This document shows, piece after piece, positions 1 to 9,768 of a stretch of 64,000 bases of DNA. The notes below the pieces were generated by a model, which saw only the letters and a program-made list of their open reading frames with translations, was not told the origin of the DNA and did not search any database. The translations under genes and the position numbers were made by a program. Position 1 is the stretch's first letter. Every line of letters begins with the position of its first letter. Source of the DNA: a virus; IMG/VR virus record IMGVR_UViG_3300033489_000004, positions 1-64,000 of that record. One strand, 5' to 3'.

Positions 1-985
1 AATATTCAATTACTTCTGTATATGTTACTTTATCTGTATTTTCATTTATTAAAGTTATGCTATATTCTATTAGTTCTATTACATTTACTTTTTCTATACT
101 TTCTGACAATAAATTAATTATAGGCTCAATAATTTCTGTAAAAGATATTGCACTTGTGTTTTCAGTTAATAAGGATAAAATATAGGTTAGTTCTTCTAAA
201 TAAATGGTAGTAACTATATTCTCTGTAAATAATGAAAAAAGATACTCAATAATTTCTTTTACTATTATTTTTTCAATGTTTTCAGAAAACAAGGATAAGC
301 TATATTCTACTATTTCAATATACTCCCCAACCATAGTATCTATATTTTCTAACAAAAGACTAAATAAATACTCGGCTACTTCTATATATTCTACATTATT
401 AATATTTTCAGTAAGAAAACTAATTGGATGTTCTAAACTCTCAATTAAAGATACCTTTTCAATGTTTTCAGGTATTAAAAATATTAAATATTCAGTAGAT
501 TCTTTTACTTCAATCTGATTAATATCTTCATTTATAAGACTTATAAGATATTCAAAATTTTCAATAAATAATATAATATCTTGATTTTCTGTAAAACAAG
601 AAAATAAATACTCCAAAGACTCAAAGACAATTACTTTCTCGATGCTTTCAGTAAATAAAACCAAAGGAAACTCTAAAACTTCTTTTAGCTCAACAGTATT
701 AACATTTTCATTAAGTAGAGAAATAGAATACTCCAAGCTTTCTATTAAAGAAACAATCTCTATGTTTTCACTTAAAAGAGCTATTAGATACTCTATCCCT
801 TCAGGATATTCCACACCACAACCATTTTCAGTAAGAAAAGCAATAGAATATTCAATTAATTCTTTAGCTTCAATCTTGTTGGTATTCTCATTAAGTTGTA
901 TTAGTGAAAGTTCTATTACTTCTTTTGCTTCTATACTGTCACTATTTTCTAATAAGCAGAGTACAGGATACTCTACTGTTTCATA
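1..985 (-). repeat. Degenerate ~60-nt (20-aa) coding tandem repeat, consensus approx ExxEYxxxLLxENxxxxxxx
   Basis: Units such as ESLEYSISLLNENVNTVELK / EVLEFPLVLFTESIEKVIVF / ESLEYLFSCFTENQDIIYFI. Confidence 0.8.
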
Positions 986-1759
986 ATAAGTTTCTCCTCC
1001 CGCCTCCGTATAAGTATGAATAACTTGAGGCCAAGCAGGGTAACTTAAAACCTCTTCCGCTCTTCCAACAGGAGAATTGGTAGGGGTTCCGTGATTTCCA
1101 TTACCCCTTCTATCAATTATAGTGCCAGCACCAGAAGCGGTTGCTCCGTCTGCAAAATCATCAAGCGGCCAATATGCCTTTAGATCCGCTGGTTGGATTT
1201 GTAGTGGTAAATATTTGATCTTCGAGGTGGCTAAAAAATTTAGTTCAGCATCCGTAAGGGCTCCTCTCCAGAATGCAACCTCAGAAATAACACCATTTAG
1301 CCATTTCCTGCCAGCCTCCGCCCACAAACCTTCTTTTCCAATACACCTTCCACCCTCACTGCTAGTTATACCACCTGATACAGATTGAGCCATACTATAT
1401 TTTGTTGTGCCCACAAAAGCACTAAAAGTATTATTGGGATTATCAAAACGAGCAGCCACAAAATGCCAAACACCATCGTTAATCACTTGTGTGCTGGAAA
1501 AATAAGCCGTACCAGAATTACTATCAAATCTCATTAAAGGTATGAAGTGTCCAGCCGATGTCACTGCCCCATTGTCCCCTATGCCCACAAAAAAAATAGG
1601 GGCTTCATTCGAAGTATTTCTCAGGCTAAAAATTGGCCCCACGGAATCCGTAGTTTTTACCCACGCCGTCACCGTTACGCTTTCTCCGCTGAGTATGTTC
1701 AAAGTAGAACCAGCACCCAGTGTGATATGATCGTCCGTTCCATCAAAATATATTGGCAT
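1..1759 (-). CDS. LamG/ConA-like jelly-roll domain virion protein with long acidic 20-aa-repeat C-terminus (partial, runs off window)
   Basis: Not in ORF track. ATG at 1759 overlaps upstream stop (TAATG). Translates MPIYFDGTDDHITLG...VTVTAWVKTT...INDGVWHFVAARFD...WLNGVISEVAFWRGALTDAE...AYWPLDD (LamG motifs) and stays open to base 1. Confidence 0.8.
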   Translation of the reverse strand, partial: MPIYFDGTDDHITLGAGSTLNILSGESVTVTAWVKTTDSVGPIFSLRNTSNEAPIFFVGIGDNGAVTSAGHFIPLMRFDSNSGTAYFSSTQVINDGVWHFVAARFDNPNNTFSAFVGTTKYSMAQSVSGGITSSEGGRCIGKEGLWAEAGRKWLNGVISEVAFWRGALTDAELNFLATSKIKYLPLQIQPADLKAYWPLDDFADGATASGAGTIIDRRGNGNHGTPTNSPVGRAEEVLSYPAWPQVIHTYTEAGGETYYETVEYPVLCLLENSDSIEAKEVIELSLIQLNENTNKIEAKELIEYSIAFLTENGCGVEYPEGIEYLIALLSENIEIVSLIESLEYSISLLNENVNTVELKEVLEFPLVLFTESIEKVIVFESLEYLFSCFTENQDIILFIENFEYLISLINEDINQIEVKESTEYLIFLIPENIEKVSLIESLEHPISFLTENINNVEYIEVAEYLFSLLLENIDTMVGEYIEIVEYSLSLFSENIEKIIVKEIIEYLFSLFTENIVTTIYLEELTYILSLLTENTSAISFTEIIEPIINLLSESIEKVNVIELIEYSITLINENTDKVTYTEVIEY

Positions 1760-2124
1760 TAAAAACTCACTTCCCTATAATCAGCTCTTGGATCATTTTT
1801 GCATCCCAGCCAGTCAGATATTTCTCCTTCAACAGGGCAAAAGTGGAGAGATACAACACCAGAAACACCAATAGGGATATTGTTTTTAATCCAGCTAAAT
1901 ACTGTTTCCGCTTTTGCGCTGCTTAAAAAAAGATAAGTGGCGTTGACTACTATTTTATTATCTTCATTTCTAGAAATACCAGCCTCCAAATTCTTCTTAT
2001 AAGCAGCATCCTCGTCTTTCCAAAGGTCAGAGGCAAAACTAAGGCGTGATAAAATAGTATCTCTGATCTGGATTGCTTTAGCTTCGGTATCAATTATTAA
2101 ACCAATTTGTAGTCTTCTGTGCAT
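1759..2124 (-). CDS. hypothetical protein (virion module)
   Basis: ORF track, translationally coupled to LamG gene. Confidence 0.6.
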   Translation of the reverse strand: MHRRLQIGLIIDTEAKAIQIRDTILSRLSFASDLWKDEDAAYKKNLEAGISRNEDNKIVVNATYLFLSSAKAETVFSWIKNNIPIGVSGVVSLHFCPVEGEISDWLGCKNDPRADYREVSF

Positions 2125-2132
2125 AATTCCTC

Positions 2133-2624
2133 TTAGGTTGTAGTGTATTCTAAGCTAATTGCTACTACTTCCAAATCCCCTACAACATTATCTGCACTCA
2201 CATCTCTATTGAGTTTGAATTTGAAATAATCACCGGCTGCTACCGAATCAGCATTTGTCTGAGTAATGCCGATCTCCTTCAAGTATCCTGCTGTCTGGTT
2301 ATTTGCTAATACAAGAGTTCCAGCATTAACTGTGTCATAACTATCAGTTACAATATCGGCAGCATCCTCTGGGGTAACCGCCATGATAGCCGTCTCAAAA
2401 GCAGCCGTTAGTGTCCCTGTTTGAGTTGATGCACAAGAGAATTGAATTTTGGCTACTAATCCAGAGGCATAATTTGCGGGCATACGAAATTGCCACAGAC
2501 ATGATTCATCAGTTGTATCATCAAATAGGAGTCGCCAGTTGCCTTCTGCTGCATCAATTACAGCAGGACTAGTTCCAGGTAACTTAGCAGCTTGTACTGG
2601 TAATATTATTGTCCCTGTTGCCAT
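2133..2624 (-). CDS. putative virion structural protein (beta-rich)
   Basis: Ala/Thr/Asp-rich 163 aa, RBS GGAAGGTG, structural context. Confidence 0.55.
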   Translation of the reverse strand: MATGTIILPVQAAKLPGTSPAVIDAAEGNWRLLFDDTTDESCLWQFRMPANYASGLVAKIQFSCASTQTGTLTAAFETAIMAVTPEDAADIVTDSYDTVNAGTLVLANNQTAGYLKEIGITQTNADSVAAGDYFKFKLNRDVSADNVVGDLEVVAISLEYTTT

Positions 2625-2769
2625 TTAATCACCTTCCTTGTTACTATTCAATTGACGAAGTTTGGTTAGTTCTTTCAATTATTCTCTACTTTCTTGCTAA
2701 ATAGTTGTTTTACATCTTAAAACATTCTTTTTCTTCTTTTCATCCCGTATAAACCCTAAACCATAAGTT

Positions 2770-3165
2770 TTACGCTGCTCTTATTTTTGGTGTAACCTTT
2801 AAAGAATCTCCATCATTAATTGTTCGTGCTGCTGCAAAACTTTGTACTGCAATTAAATCTCCACTTGTACCTGAAGCTACATCAGTAATAAATGCTCCAG
2901 TAATATCCCCCCAGTCACCACCACTTGCAGTAAAAGTTTGTTCTGCATAAGTCGCTAAATCATCAACTATTGACCAAGAACCTCGAGATAATGCTATTCT
3001 TGCATAACCACTGCCAGAAGGTTCGGTTAAATCAGCAAGGGCCTCTGTTTCTCCTGGTTCTGCAACATCTTGATAAAGTCCTAAATATAACGTTGTATCT
3101 ACTGGAGTAGCTCCCAATAAAATATCTAATACCCTATTTTCACCTGCATCTGTCCATTTAGCCAT
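2770..3165 (-). CDS. putative tail/fibre-associated structural protein
   Basis: LYLGLY...EPSGSGYARIA...FTASGGDWGDIT...RTINDGDSLKV pattern typical of a widespread small phage tail protein family. Confidence 0.6.
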   Translation of the reverse strand: MAKWTDAGENRVLDILLGATPVDTTLYLGLYQDVAEPGETEALADLTEPSGSGYARIALSRGSWSIVDDLATYAEQTFTASGGDWGDITGAFITDVASGTSGDLIAVQSFAAARTINDGDSLKVTPKIRAA

Positions 3166-3192
3166 TTTATTCTCCTTTCTTATTTATTATTG

Positions 3193-3597
3193 TTAGCCTA
3201 TAACTTCTATATAGTCTTTAAATATGCTGTCATCTTTTTGTAATTTATAAGCTAATATACTTATCAGTGCTTCATCATTAGGTTTTAGATAAACCCCACT
3301 TTCTTTTCCTTCTATTATATTAAATACAAAAATATTACTGAAGCTAATATTTTTAATTTTAATAAAAGCATGGCTGTTTTGTATAATATCCCCTATTTCA
3401 TAAAATTTATAACTATCCTCTATTTTAACTACATAGGTAGTATTGTTATTAAAAGATATTGTAGCTTTATACAAACCCCCACCAATTTCCAACATTGGTA
3501 TAATATTTTGTTCATCAATAGGATAAACAATTTCTGCATTAATTAACAGTCCTTCCTCTTTGTTTTTAGACTTATAAAAAATACTCCTAGAAACCAT
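3193..3597 (-). CDS. hypothetical protein
   Basis: ORF track, same strand as operon. Confidence 0.55.
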   Translation of the reverse strand: MVSRSIFYKSKNKEEGLLINAEIVYPIDEQNIIPMLEIGGGLYKATISFNNNTTYVVKIEDSYKFYEIGDIIQNSHAFIKIKNISFSNIFVFNIIEGKESGVYLKPNDEALISILAYKLQKDDSIFKDYIEVIG

Positions 3598-3609
3598 TTT
3601 TCCTTCGTT

Positions 3610-4032
3610 TTATAATACCTGTCCACCTTCTGAAATTTCATCTATTGCATCTCTAATTGCCTTTAAAGAATCTGTCCCAGAATCAAAACTTGTTCCTTGA
3701 ATATCTTCAACATCATCTATCAAATCAGTGATATCTTTTAGTTTAACTTTATACTTTATAACCTTAGCAAACTTTTTTTCTAATTCAACTAAACGATAAA
3801 CTTTAGCCGCCCAAATACCTTCTTCATCAGGAATAAAAGAATAGGCATAAACTCCTATAAATTCGGGGGTAGTCACTCCATCATCTTTTTCTATCATAGT
3901 AAATGGAGATCCAACTAGGATATCCCCATTTTCATCAAATATATCTACTTTACAGTCTATTTGACCAGACTGAAAATTTCCTGGTACATATAAAACTTCA
4001 ATAGACTCACCAACTTTATAATCTGGATTCAT
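3610..4032 (-). CDS. hypothetical virion protein (possible Ig-like fold)
   Basis: GVYAYSFIPDEEGIWAAKV beta-sandwich-like motif; RBS AAGGAG. Confidence 0.5.
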   Translation of the reverse strand: MNPDYKVGESIEVLYVPGNFQSGQIDCKVDIFDENGDILVGSPFTMIEKDDGVTTPEFIGVYAYSFIPDEEGIWAAKVYRLVELEKKFAKVIKYKVKLKDITDLIDDVEDIQGTSFDSGTDSLKAIRDAIDEISEGGQVL

Positions 4033-4165
4033 ATTGTCTCCTTTCTAAAATAGATTTTCCTTGGCCTTTTAATTCTCTAGCCTGCTGGCCTAAAACTATT
4101 TATATGCTACAATAGCTATATACCCGCCGTAGCTGTCTTGTTATCTAGAAGAATAAGCTCTTTCA

Positions 4166-5716
4166 TTATACAAAAGCTACTTCATGCTCAATTCCATCGC
4201 CGTCTTGAGCGTATATCTTATTATCACTCTTAAAATACAAAGCACCATAGTTCTCTATGGCTGTTGGCGTAGTTCGCTCAGCTAGATGCAGTGCCCCATC
4301 AGTTACTTTAATTGGCGCGCCTTCAAGTGATAGCGTGGTTGCATTAGTCCAAAGTGTGCCTGATTTAAGTTCGGTGACAATTGAATATGTGCTTCTTATT
4401 TCAATACCTTTTCCGTACCATTCCCAAATTATTAAAGGGGGTGTATTTCTTGTCCCTGTTAAGTGTAACCCGCGCATAAAATTAGATGGTGTAAAATTAG
4501 GACTGGTTCCACGAGATGTAAGACTAACAAAACTTCTGCTGTACACCTTAAACGTAGTTCCGTTTGTAATCGCACCGGAAAAATTTGGGGTTACATCAAT
4601 TCTGTTACTTGCCTTTACAGTCTTTATGATAACCCTGCGTTCACCAATATATGTTCCACTTGTTATCTCAACAATAAATCCATCAAAAAAACCACTATCA
4701 GCAAGACTGCCTATCTCTGTAGCTGTTATATAATCGACATCTCCTCCTGTAGCAGTTGCTGACAACTCTTCTGTGTCAGTACCTACCTCTATGCCTGATT
4801 TCAAACCGCTTGTTGCTGTATTCTTAAACAACAATGCGGGGTCTTGAATATTAGACGTAGCTAATACCTGGCTATCTTTGGTTAAATGACAATATTGTGC
4901 GTGGTCATCATCTGAAAGACCTGCAATACTTCCATGATCAATACTTGCTTGCGTAAAATGAATAGTGGAGTCTCCTATATGAGAATCTATTTGATCATGA
5001 GTATATGTTCCAATATTACTTAATGCTGTATGGTCAGATACCCCCCCAGCCAATTCCTGCCAAGCGGGAGTAGCTAAACCACTATTGTAAAAATATGCTT
5101 TTCCTTCATCAGACCGAATAAACAGTTGGTAATTTCCTGGAGTACCTGGAAAAGATGAATCGTTCTCAACAACAAATCCTTGTGTTTCAGACTTTCCAAA
5201 ATTAGCCCCTAAACAAGATAAATATCCGGCTTTAGTGATACTTGCTGTTGCCGTCGAAGCATCGCTAAGTATCCTAAAAGCTTTACCATCCGTTGTTATT
5301 CGAACATCAAAATCTTTATTCGTCTGTGGAAAGGCTGTTATATTTTCTGTAGTAGACGACATTGATAAACTACCAGCTGCAGTGCCCGTGCTGTCATAAA
5401 ATGAAATACTACTTGGAGTAAGATATAACGCATAGTTTCCATATGGATATACTGGTACTGCCCATCCAGTTGCATGTCTTATTAACATTATGGTTGGGTA
5501 TTCTTGCCCGCTTGTGGTAGCAGTTCGGACAAATATTAGCCCGCGATTAACATTACCAAACTTGGTAATATATTCACCGCTTGTTGCTGTATCATGCTTT
5601 ACAACAAAACTATTACCATCAAAACTTACATCCCGCTGTACACTTGACCAACCTTTTAACTGATTAACATTATGCTTTAAACTTGAGTGCAAAGAAAATA
5701 TGTTTTCCATTTGCAC
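4166..5716 (-). CDS. putative tail fibre protein
   Basis: 516 aa Gly/Ser/Thr-rich with fibre-type DHTALSNIGTYTHDQIDSHI and DHGSIAGLSDDDHAQY motifs. Confidence 0.65.
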   Translation of the reverse strand: MQMENIFSLHSSLKHNVNQLKGWSSVQRDVSFDGNSFVVKHDTATSGEYITKFGNVNRGLIFVRTATTSGQEYPTIMLIRHATGWAVPVYPYGNYALYLTPSSISFYDSTGTAAGSLSMSSTTENITAFPQTNKDFDVRITTDGKAFRILSDASTATASITKAGYLSCLGANFGKSETQGFVVENDSSFPGTPGNYQLFIRSDEGKAYFYNSGLATPAWQELAGGVSDHTALSNIGTYTHDQIDSHIGDSTIHFTQASIDHGSIAGLSDDDHAQYCHLTKDSQVLATSNIQDPALLFKNTATSGLKSGIEVGTDTEELSATATGGDVDYITATEIGSLADSGFFDGFIVEITSGTYIGERRVIIKTVKASNRIDVTPNFSGAITNGTTFKVYSRSFVSLTSRGTSPNFTPSNFMRGLHLTGTRNTPPLIIWEWYGKGIEIRSTYSIVTELKSGTLWTNATTLSLEGAPIKVTDGALHLAERTTPTAIENYGALYFKSDNKIYAQDGDGIEHEVAFV

Positions 5717-5725
5717 CGCCTTTCT

Positions 5726-6052
5726 TTAAATATTTATTTTTTCTTTCAATTTAGTTACTCTTCTATCAACAGGCAATTTTCTAGTATAAACTAAGTTTTT
5801 AAGAAATACAAAATCTTCATCCTCAAGATTAACAACTTTATCCTTAGCAGAATTATTCCATAATGTTATATTATCTTCTTGTCTAAGATTTATCTTCTTA
5901 GTCTCCTCTTTTGAAATTTCAATCCCCGCATCTAACAGATTAAATATAGTACGTTGATCTTTAAGACTAGCCATACCACTACCATCGCTCCCAGAAAATA
6001 ACAAATTTGTTAGTATTATCCTATCCCATACACCTAATTTTAATTCCTTCAT
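5726..6052 (-). CDS. hypothetical protein (possible fibre chaperone)
   Basis: ORF track, RBS AGGAGG, adjacent to fibre gene. Confidence 0.5.
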   Translation of the reverse strand: MKELKLGVWDRIILTNLLFSGSDGSGMASLKDQRTIFNLLDAGIEISKEETKKINLRQEDNITLWNNSAKDKVVNLEDEDFVFLKNLVYTRKLPVDRRVTKLKEKINI

Positions 6053-6074
6053 CCTAAATCCTCCTTATTAAACT

Positions 6075-6425
6075 TTATGATAATACCCTAGTTATACCTG
6101 CTAAATAGTGGTTAGGTGGTGTTCCTCCCCACGTGAATGTTTCCGTAACAGTATATCCAGTATGTACTGTAGCTGATGTATATACCGCCGTAGATATTCG
6201 TTCATTATCTGTACCACCCTCTAAAAAAGTATAGGTAATAACAACATCATCCGCTGCCATAATATTTTCTGATATTGTGATTTTCTTTCTAGTATTACTA
6301 TCGTGGTCTTTAAGCTCTACTGCACCTATTTGTAAATCTCCAGGATTTATCGTTACAGAAATAGCATCTATAGCATCCTTAATAGCCGAAAGCCACTCGG
6401 TAACTATACCTCTTATATCCGGCAT
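6075..6425 (-). CDS. hypothetical virion protein
   Basis: ORF track, RBS AGGAGG; GDLQIGAVELKD motif. Confidence 0.55.
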   Translation of the reverse strand: MPDIRGIVTEWLSAIKDAIDAISVTINPGDLQIGAVELKDHDSNTRKKITISENIMAADDVVITYTFLEGGTDNERISTAVYTSATVHTGYTVTETFTWGGTPPNHYLAGITRVLS

Positions 6426-6436
6426 TAAAACACCTC

Positions 6437-6862
6437 CTAAAGGTTAGTCTGGTTCTCTCTATCCAAGTCCACACCAAAATTTTTAAATAGTTTATTACTC
6501 AAATATTCCATAAGCCCTCTTTTTTGAGCTTTATCATAAAGCCGTCTAAGTGTAATTGGAGAATCAATCTCATCTATTCTTGCTTCTGCGTCTCTAATAG
6601 TTAAATTGACAAGCTCATCCACTTCTTTATCCGTCAAGTGGTTCGGATTATCCTCAAGTTCATTAGGTAAATCCCCTTTTCCAACAAAAACCAGATACCC
6701 GTGTTTAAAAATATTATCCTCCATTTGATCAAAATATCCCTCATCAGAAATATTAACTTTTTCTCCTGGGGAGGTCATTTTTGCACGTTCTGCTCCCCTA
6801 CTACCGATATCAATAATAGTAACATCCATATTACTTACGTTTAAAAATCTTAGTTTCCTCAT
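6437..6862 (-). CDS. hypothetical protein (head module)
   Basis: ORF track; would directly follow the capsid gene if the IscB element were absent. Confidence 0.55.
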   Translation of the reverse strand: MRKLRFLNVSNMDVTIIDIGSRGAERAKMTSPGEKVNISDEGYFDQMEDNIFKHGYLVFVGKGDLPNELEDNPNHLTDKEVDELVNLTIRDAEARIDEIDSPITLRRLYDKAQKRGLMEYLSNKLFKNFGVDLDRENQTNL

Positions 6863-6912
6863 TTAAAATCTCTCCTTTTTCCTTTTAAAAATTTAGTTCC
6901 TTAAGCTTTCCT

Positions 6913-8091
6913 TTAACTTCTACAATAAATCAATCCTTTAGGTCTCCACAATAGACTTGTCTTATTATAACTTACGGGAAAATTGTCATCAAAACTTGTT
7001 CTTAATGTTATACACCTAGATTTTAAACTTCTTATTGATCCCACTACAGTTCCCCTAGTTCTGTGTTTTGCTTTTATTATATCCATGTGCCTAAAACCAT
7101 TCTTTTCATTACAAGTCTTTGTTGGATTGTTTTCCCAAACTTTAGTCCTTTTTGGTTTTATTCTATAGGGTTTACAATAGTACTTATTTGCCCCAATCAT
7201 TGCAGAAGCGTCGTGATAATGCTCTTTCTCTAACCCTAATGCTTTCCTTGCTTTTGCTGTCATCCAACCATAGCAAACATCTACACTTTGAAATCTCTTT
7301 TTTAACTCGTTAAATAAATATTGTTTTCCCTGCTGCAAATGAGTTGGATACTTAAAATGTCTTGGTTTTTTGTCTAGTTTCCACCCCCCTTCGTGTAATT
7401 CCCTATGGCATTTTTTACATAGAGTAATCCCATTACTTATTCTATTAGTTCCACCATTAGACTTTAAAATAATGTGATGAGATTGTAATTCTTCTTTGCT
7501 AGCACAATTTTGACAAATATACTTATCTCGCCATAAAACTTTTTGTCTCCAGTTATTTCCTTCATACTCAGATAGTTGATATTCTTTTCCTATTAATTGG
7601 TATCCTCTACTCATTGAAGAAGTATCAAACTGCCCTTGTTCTATAATACATTCTGTAATATTTAATCTCTTCTTTAAATCATCAATTACTCTCAATATTG
7701 ATTCTTTCTTTTGCTTTATGGTTGGGGATATCCAACCTTTCTTGCCCCTATTCAAAAATCTTGCTTTCCTATGTCTTAGCTTTCTGTTTCTTCTAGTTCT
7801 TCGATATTGGGATCTTTGAAGCATTTTTCTATGTACGTCTTGTCTTAACTGGATTATCCCAGCAAAAACTATCTTGTTTTTATGGGCTACAGATATTCCA
7901 ACTTTTTTTGCTCCGTCATCAATTCCTACTTTAAATACACCTACTGGATTAACTACTTCTCTTTTTAATTGAATTGTAAATGGTTCAACTGAATATACTA
8001 TTGCCTTATTCCTTTTTAACAAAATTCTTGCTCTTGCTTCACAAGTAGGAAGTAAGGGCTTTCCTTTATTATCAATTACAAATACTGACAT
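6913..8091 (-). CDS. iscB: IscB RNA-guided endonuclease (IS200/IS605 OMEGA family)
   Basis: PLMP-like N-terminus (GKPLLPT..ARARILLK..PFTIQL), RuvC-I GIDDG, Arg-rich bridge helix RRTRRNRKLRHRKARFLNR, RuvC-II IIEQGQFD, HNH CQNC..HHI..GGTN..NGITLCKKCH, RuvC-III HYHDA. Confidence 0.95.
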   Translation of the reverse strand: MSVFVIDNKGKPLLPTCEARARILLKRNKAIVYSVEPFTIQLKREVVNPVGVFKVGIDDGAKKVGISVAHKNKIVFAGIIQLRQDVHRKMLQRSQYRRTRRNRKLRHRKARFLNRGKKGWISPTIKQKKESILRVIDDLKKRLNITECIIEQGQFDTSSMSRGYQLIGKEYQLSEYEGNNWRQKVLWRDKYICQNCASKEELQSHHIILKSNGGTNRISNGITLCKKCHRELHEGGWKLDKKPRHFKYPTHLQQGKQYLFNELKKRFQSVDVCYGWMTAKARKALGLEKEHYHDASAMIGANKYYCKPYRIKPKRTKVWENNPTKTCNEKNGFRHMDIIKAKHRTRGTVVGSIRSLKSRCITLRTSFDDNFPVSYNKTSLLWRPKGLIYCRS

Positions 8092-8312
8092 TTAAGTCAC
8101 CTTTCTAAAGAAGTTATTGTTATCCTCGGCAATGACCGTCTGTTGTCTGTTTAAGTTTCTTTGAGCTTTCTCAGAAACTATCAGAGCTTGAGACTGGATA
8201 AATCTCAAGGTAACTATCCTTTCGGATAAACAAAAGTCATAGTTGGTCACTTCACTTGCAATAGTAAGCTTACTTCCCAACTTAGCCTCAAAGCCTTAAT
8301 TAACTATTGCCC
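8092..8312 (-). ncRNA. omegaRNA (HEARO-like) scaffold of IscB
   Basis: Non-coding ~220 nt directly upstream of iscB. Opening stem GCAATAG/CTATTGC, CTTGAGA..CCAGTCTCAAGCTCTG hairpin and GTCATTGCCGAGG motif typical of HEARO/omegaRNAs. Confidence 0.85.
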
Positions 8313-8331
8313 GACTTTCCATATTCCTATT

Positions 8332-9270
8332 CTAAGTAATAGTCAGCTTATAAACCCTATCTTCATGAAGTAAAGCAACACCAACATCTCGGTGAATATG
8401 CAGATTGAAAACCAAAGTATCCGCATCTTTAGCTTCGTCTACTTCAAAATCCCCAACATAACCTGTTACAACGCCCAATTTCTTAGGTACTACAAAGATT
8501 ACACCTTCGGGAATAAGTTGCTGTTCATTTCTATCCTCAACACGATCTAAATAAACAATAGGCACACCCTGATAAGTGCCAAGGGAACCTTTCAAACGAA
8601 TCTCTGTAACCGCTTCCGGATCATATCCGTGGTCAAAATCACAAACAGTAGCCAAAGTAGAATATCTTCCTACAATAGCCTGCGCTCCACCACGATCAGA
8701 AACATAGCGTACAGCAGTCTTCAATGCAGTAGTAGCAGCAGACCCTGCTGCAATCCAACTACCACTAGCTAGAGTACCGGCACCCGTAGTAACTCCAGCC
8801 TGTACCGTAGTAAAGATGAAGTTACCCATAACATCCCTGGCAGATTCAAGAGCATCCGCCTGAAGTTCCGCTAAAGACCCAATTCTACCTGATCTCAAGT
8901 CACTCAGAAGTGCTTCTGGATTAACAGACAAAAGATCAGTAGTCAAATTAACCCATTCAGCTCTCCACTCTGTTCTCTGTGCATAACTACCATGAGCATG
9001 AAGAGTTCCACGCAAACCTTTCTTAGTTCTAAATCGAGGATCTTGACCAAGACCAAAAGTTTTAGTTACCCCCAAAAGCTGCGCAATATCTACCATATCA
9101 TATTTCTTAGTTATGTCTGAAACAACAATCTCAGCAATTTCCCTAAGCCCGTTTGGAGTTCTAGACATCCTTGCAATAGCTGCCTTATACTCCTCCTTCT
9201 GCTCTGGACTCCAACTTGCTTCAATCTTATTCGCCATATACTGTTTTACATTAATCTTTTCTTTAGACAA
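8332..9270 (-). CDS. major capsid protein (HK97-fold, predicted)
   Basis: 312 aa, follows protease/scaffold and decoration genes; GSLGTYQGVPIV and C-terminal DVGVALLHEDRVYKLTIT typical of HK97-like MCPs. Confidence 0.8.
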   Translation of the reverse strand: MSKEKINVKQYMANKIEASWSPEQKEEYKAAIARMSRTPNGLREIAEIVVSDITKKYDMVDIAQLLGVTKTFGLGQDPRFRTKKGLRGTLHAHGSYAQRTEWRAEWVNLTTDLLSVNPEALLSDLRSGRIGSLAELQADALESARDVMGNFIFTTVQAGVTTGAGTLASGSWIAAGSAATTALKTAVRYVSDRGGAQAIVGRYSTLATVCDFDHGYDPEAVTEIRLKGSLGTYQGVPIVYLDRVEDRNEQQLIPEGVIFVVPKKLGVVTGYVGDFEVDEAKDADTLVFNLHIHRDVGVALLHEDRVYKLTIT

Positions 9271-9287
9271 TTTAGTTCCCTCCTTTC

Positions 9288-9749
9288 CTACAGAACTTTA
9301 ATGATTAGTTTATTGTAATCTTTACCAACTACAACCGCCACAGGATCACCCACAGGAGTAGAATTATAGTTAGTAACAAGACCGGCATTACCAGAAGTAC
9401 CTATCTCAAGATAGTCTCCAATATCATAATCACCAATAGCGCCGACATACTGGTCAATTGAAATAGTAGAGCCTCTACCAATGCATACAAAACGCTCACC
9501 AGAAGTAATAGCCTCAATACTGTTACCAGCATAAAGCTGATTAACTTCGTTTCGACCATACTTCTTAGCAAAGTAAACATCATACTCTCCTGTACCAGAA
9601 GCCTTATTAGCAACAGCGGAACCAGCACTGTTTACAACTACAACAGCCATTCCCTGTTTCAAATCTGTGTTAGCTTTTACATCTCCACGTCTTGCTTCAG
9701 GCGATACAGCAATCATTTCGCAAAATCCGTCTTTCAAAGTATAAGACAT
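9288..9749 (-). CDS. putative head decoration/cement protein
   Basis: 153 aa Gly-rich, between scaffold and MCP; YDIGDYLEIGTSGNAG..PVAVV motif. Confidence 0.6.
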   Translation of the reverse strand: MSYTLKDGFCEMIAVSPEARRGDVKANTDLKQGMAVVVVNSAGSAVANKASGTGEYDVYFAKKYGRNEVNQLYAGNSIEAITSGERFVCIGRGSTISIDQYVGAIGDYDIGDYLEIGTSGNAGLVTNYNSTPVGDPVAVVVGKDYNKLIIKVL

Positions 9750-9768
9750 TTATATTCATCCTCCCTTC

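Larger units (their letters stand above)
6905..8312 (-). mobile_element. Non-autonomous IS200/IS605-family IscB element (no tnpA in window); boundaries approximate
   Basis: omegaRNA plus iscB interrupting the head operon. Confidence 0.7.

Noticed and set aside
204-1762. Plus-strand ORFs in the track
   Set aside because: Antisense shadows of the LamG/repeat gene
8092-8280. 62-aa ORF upstream of iscB
   Set aside because: Coincides with the omegaRNA scaffold
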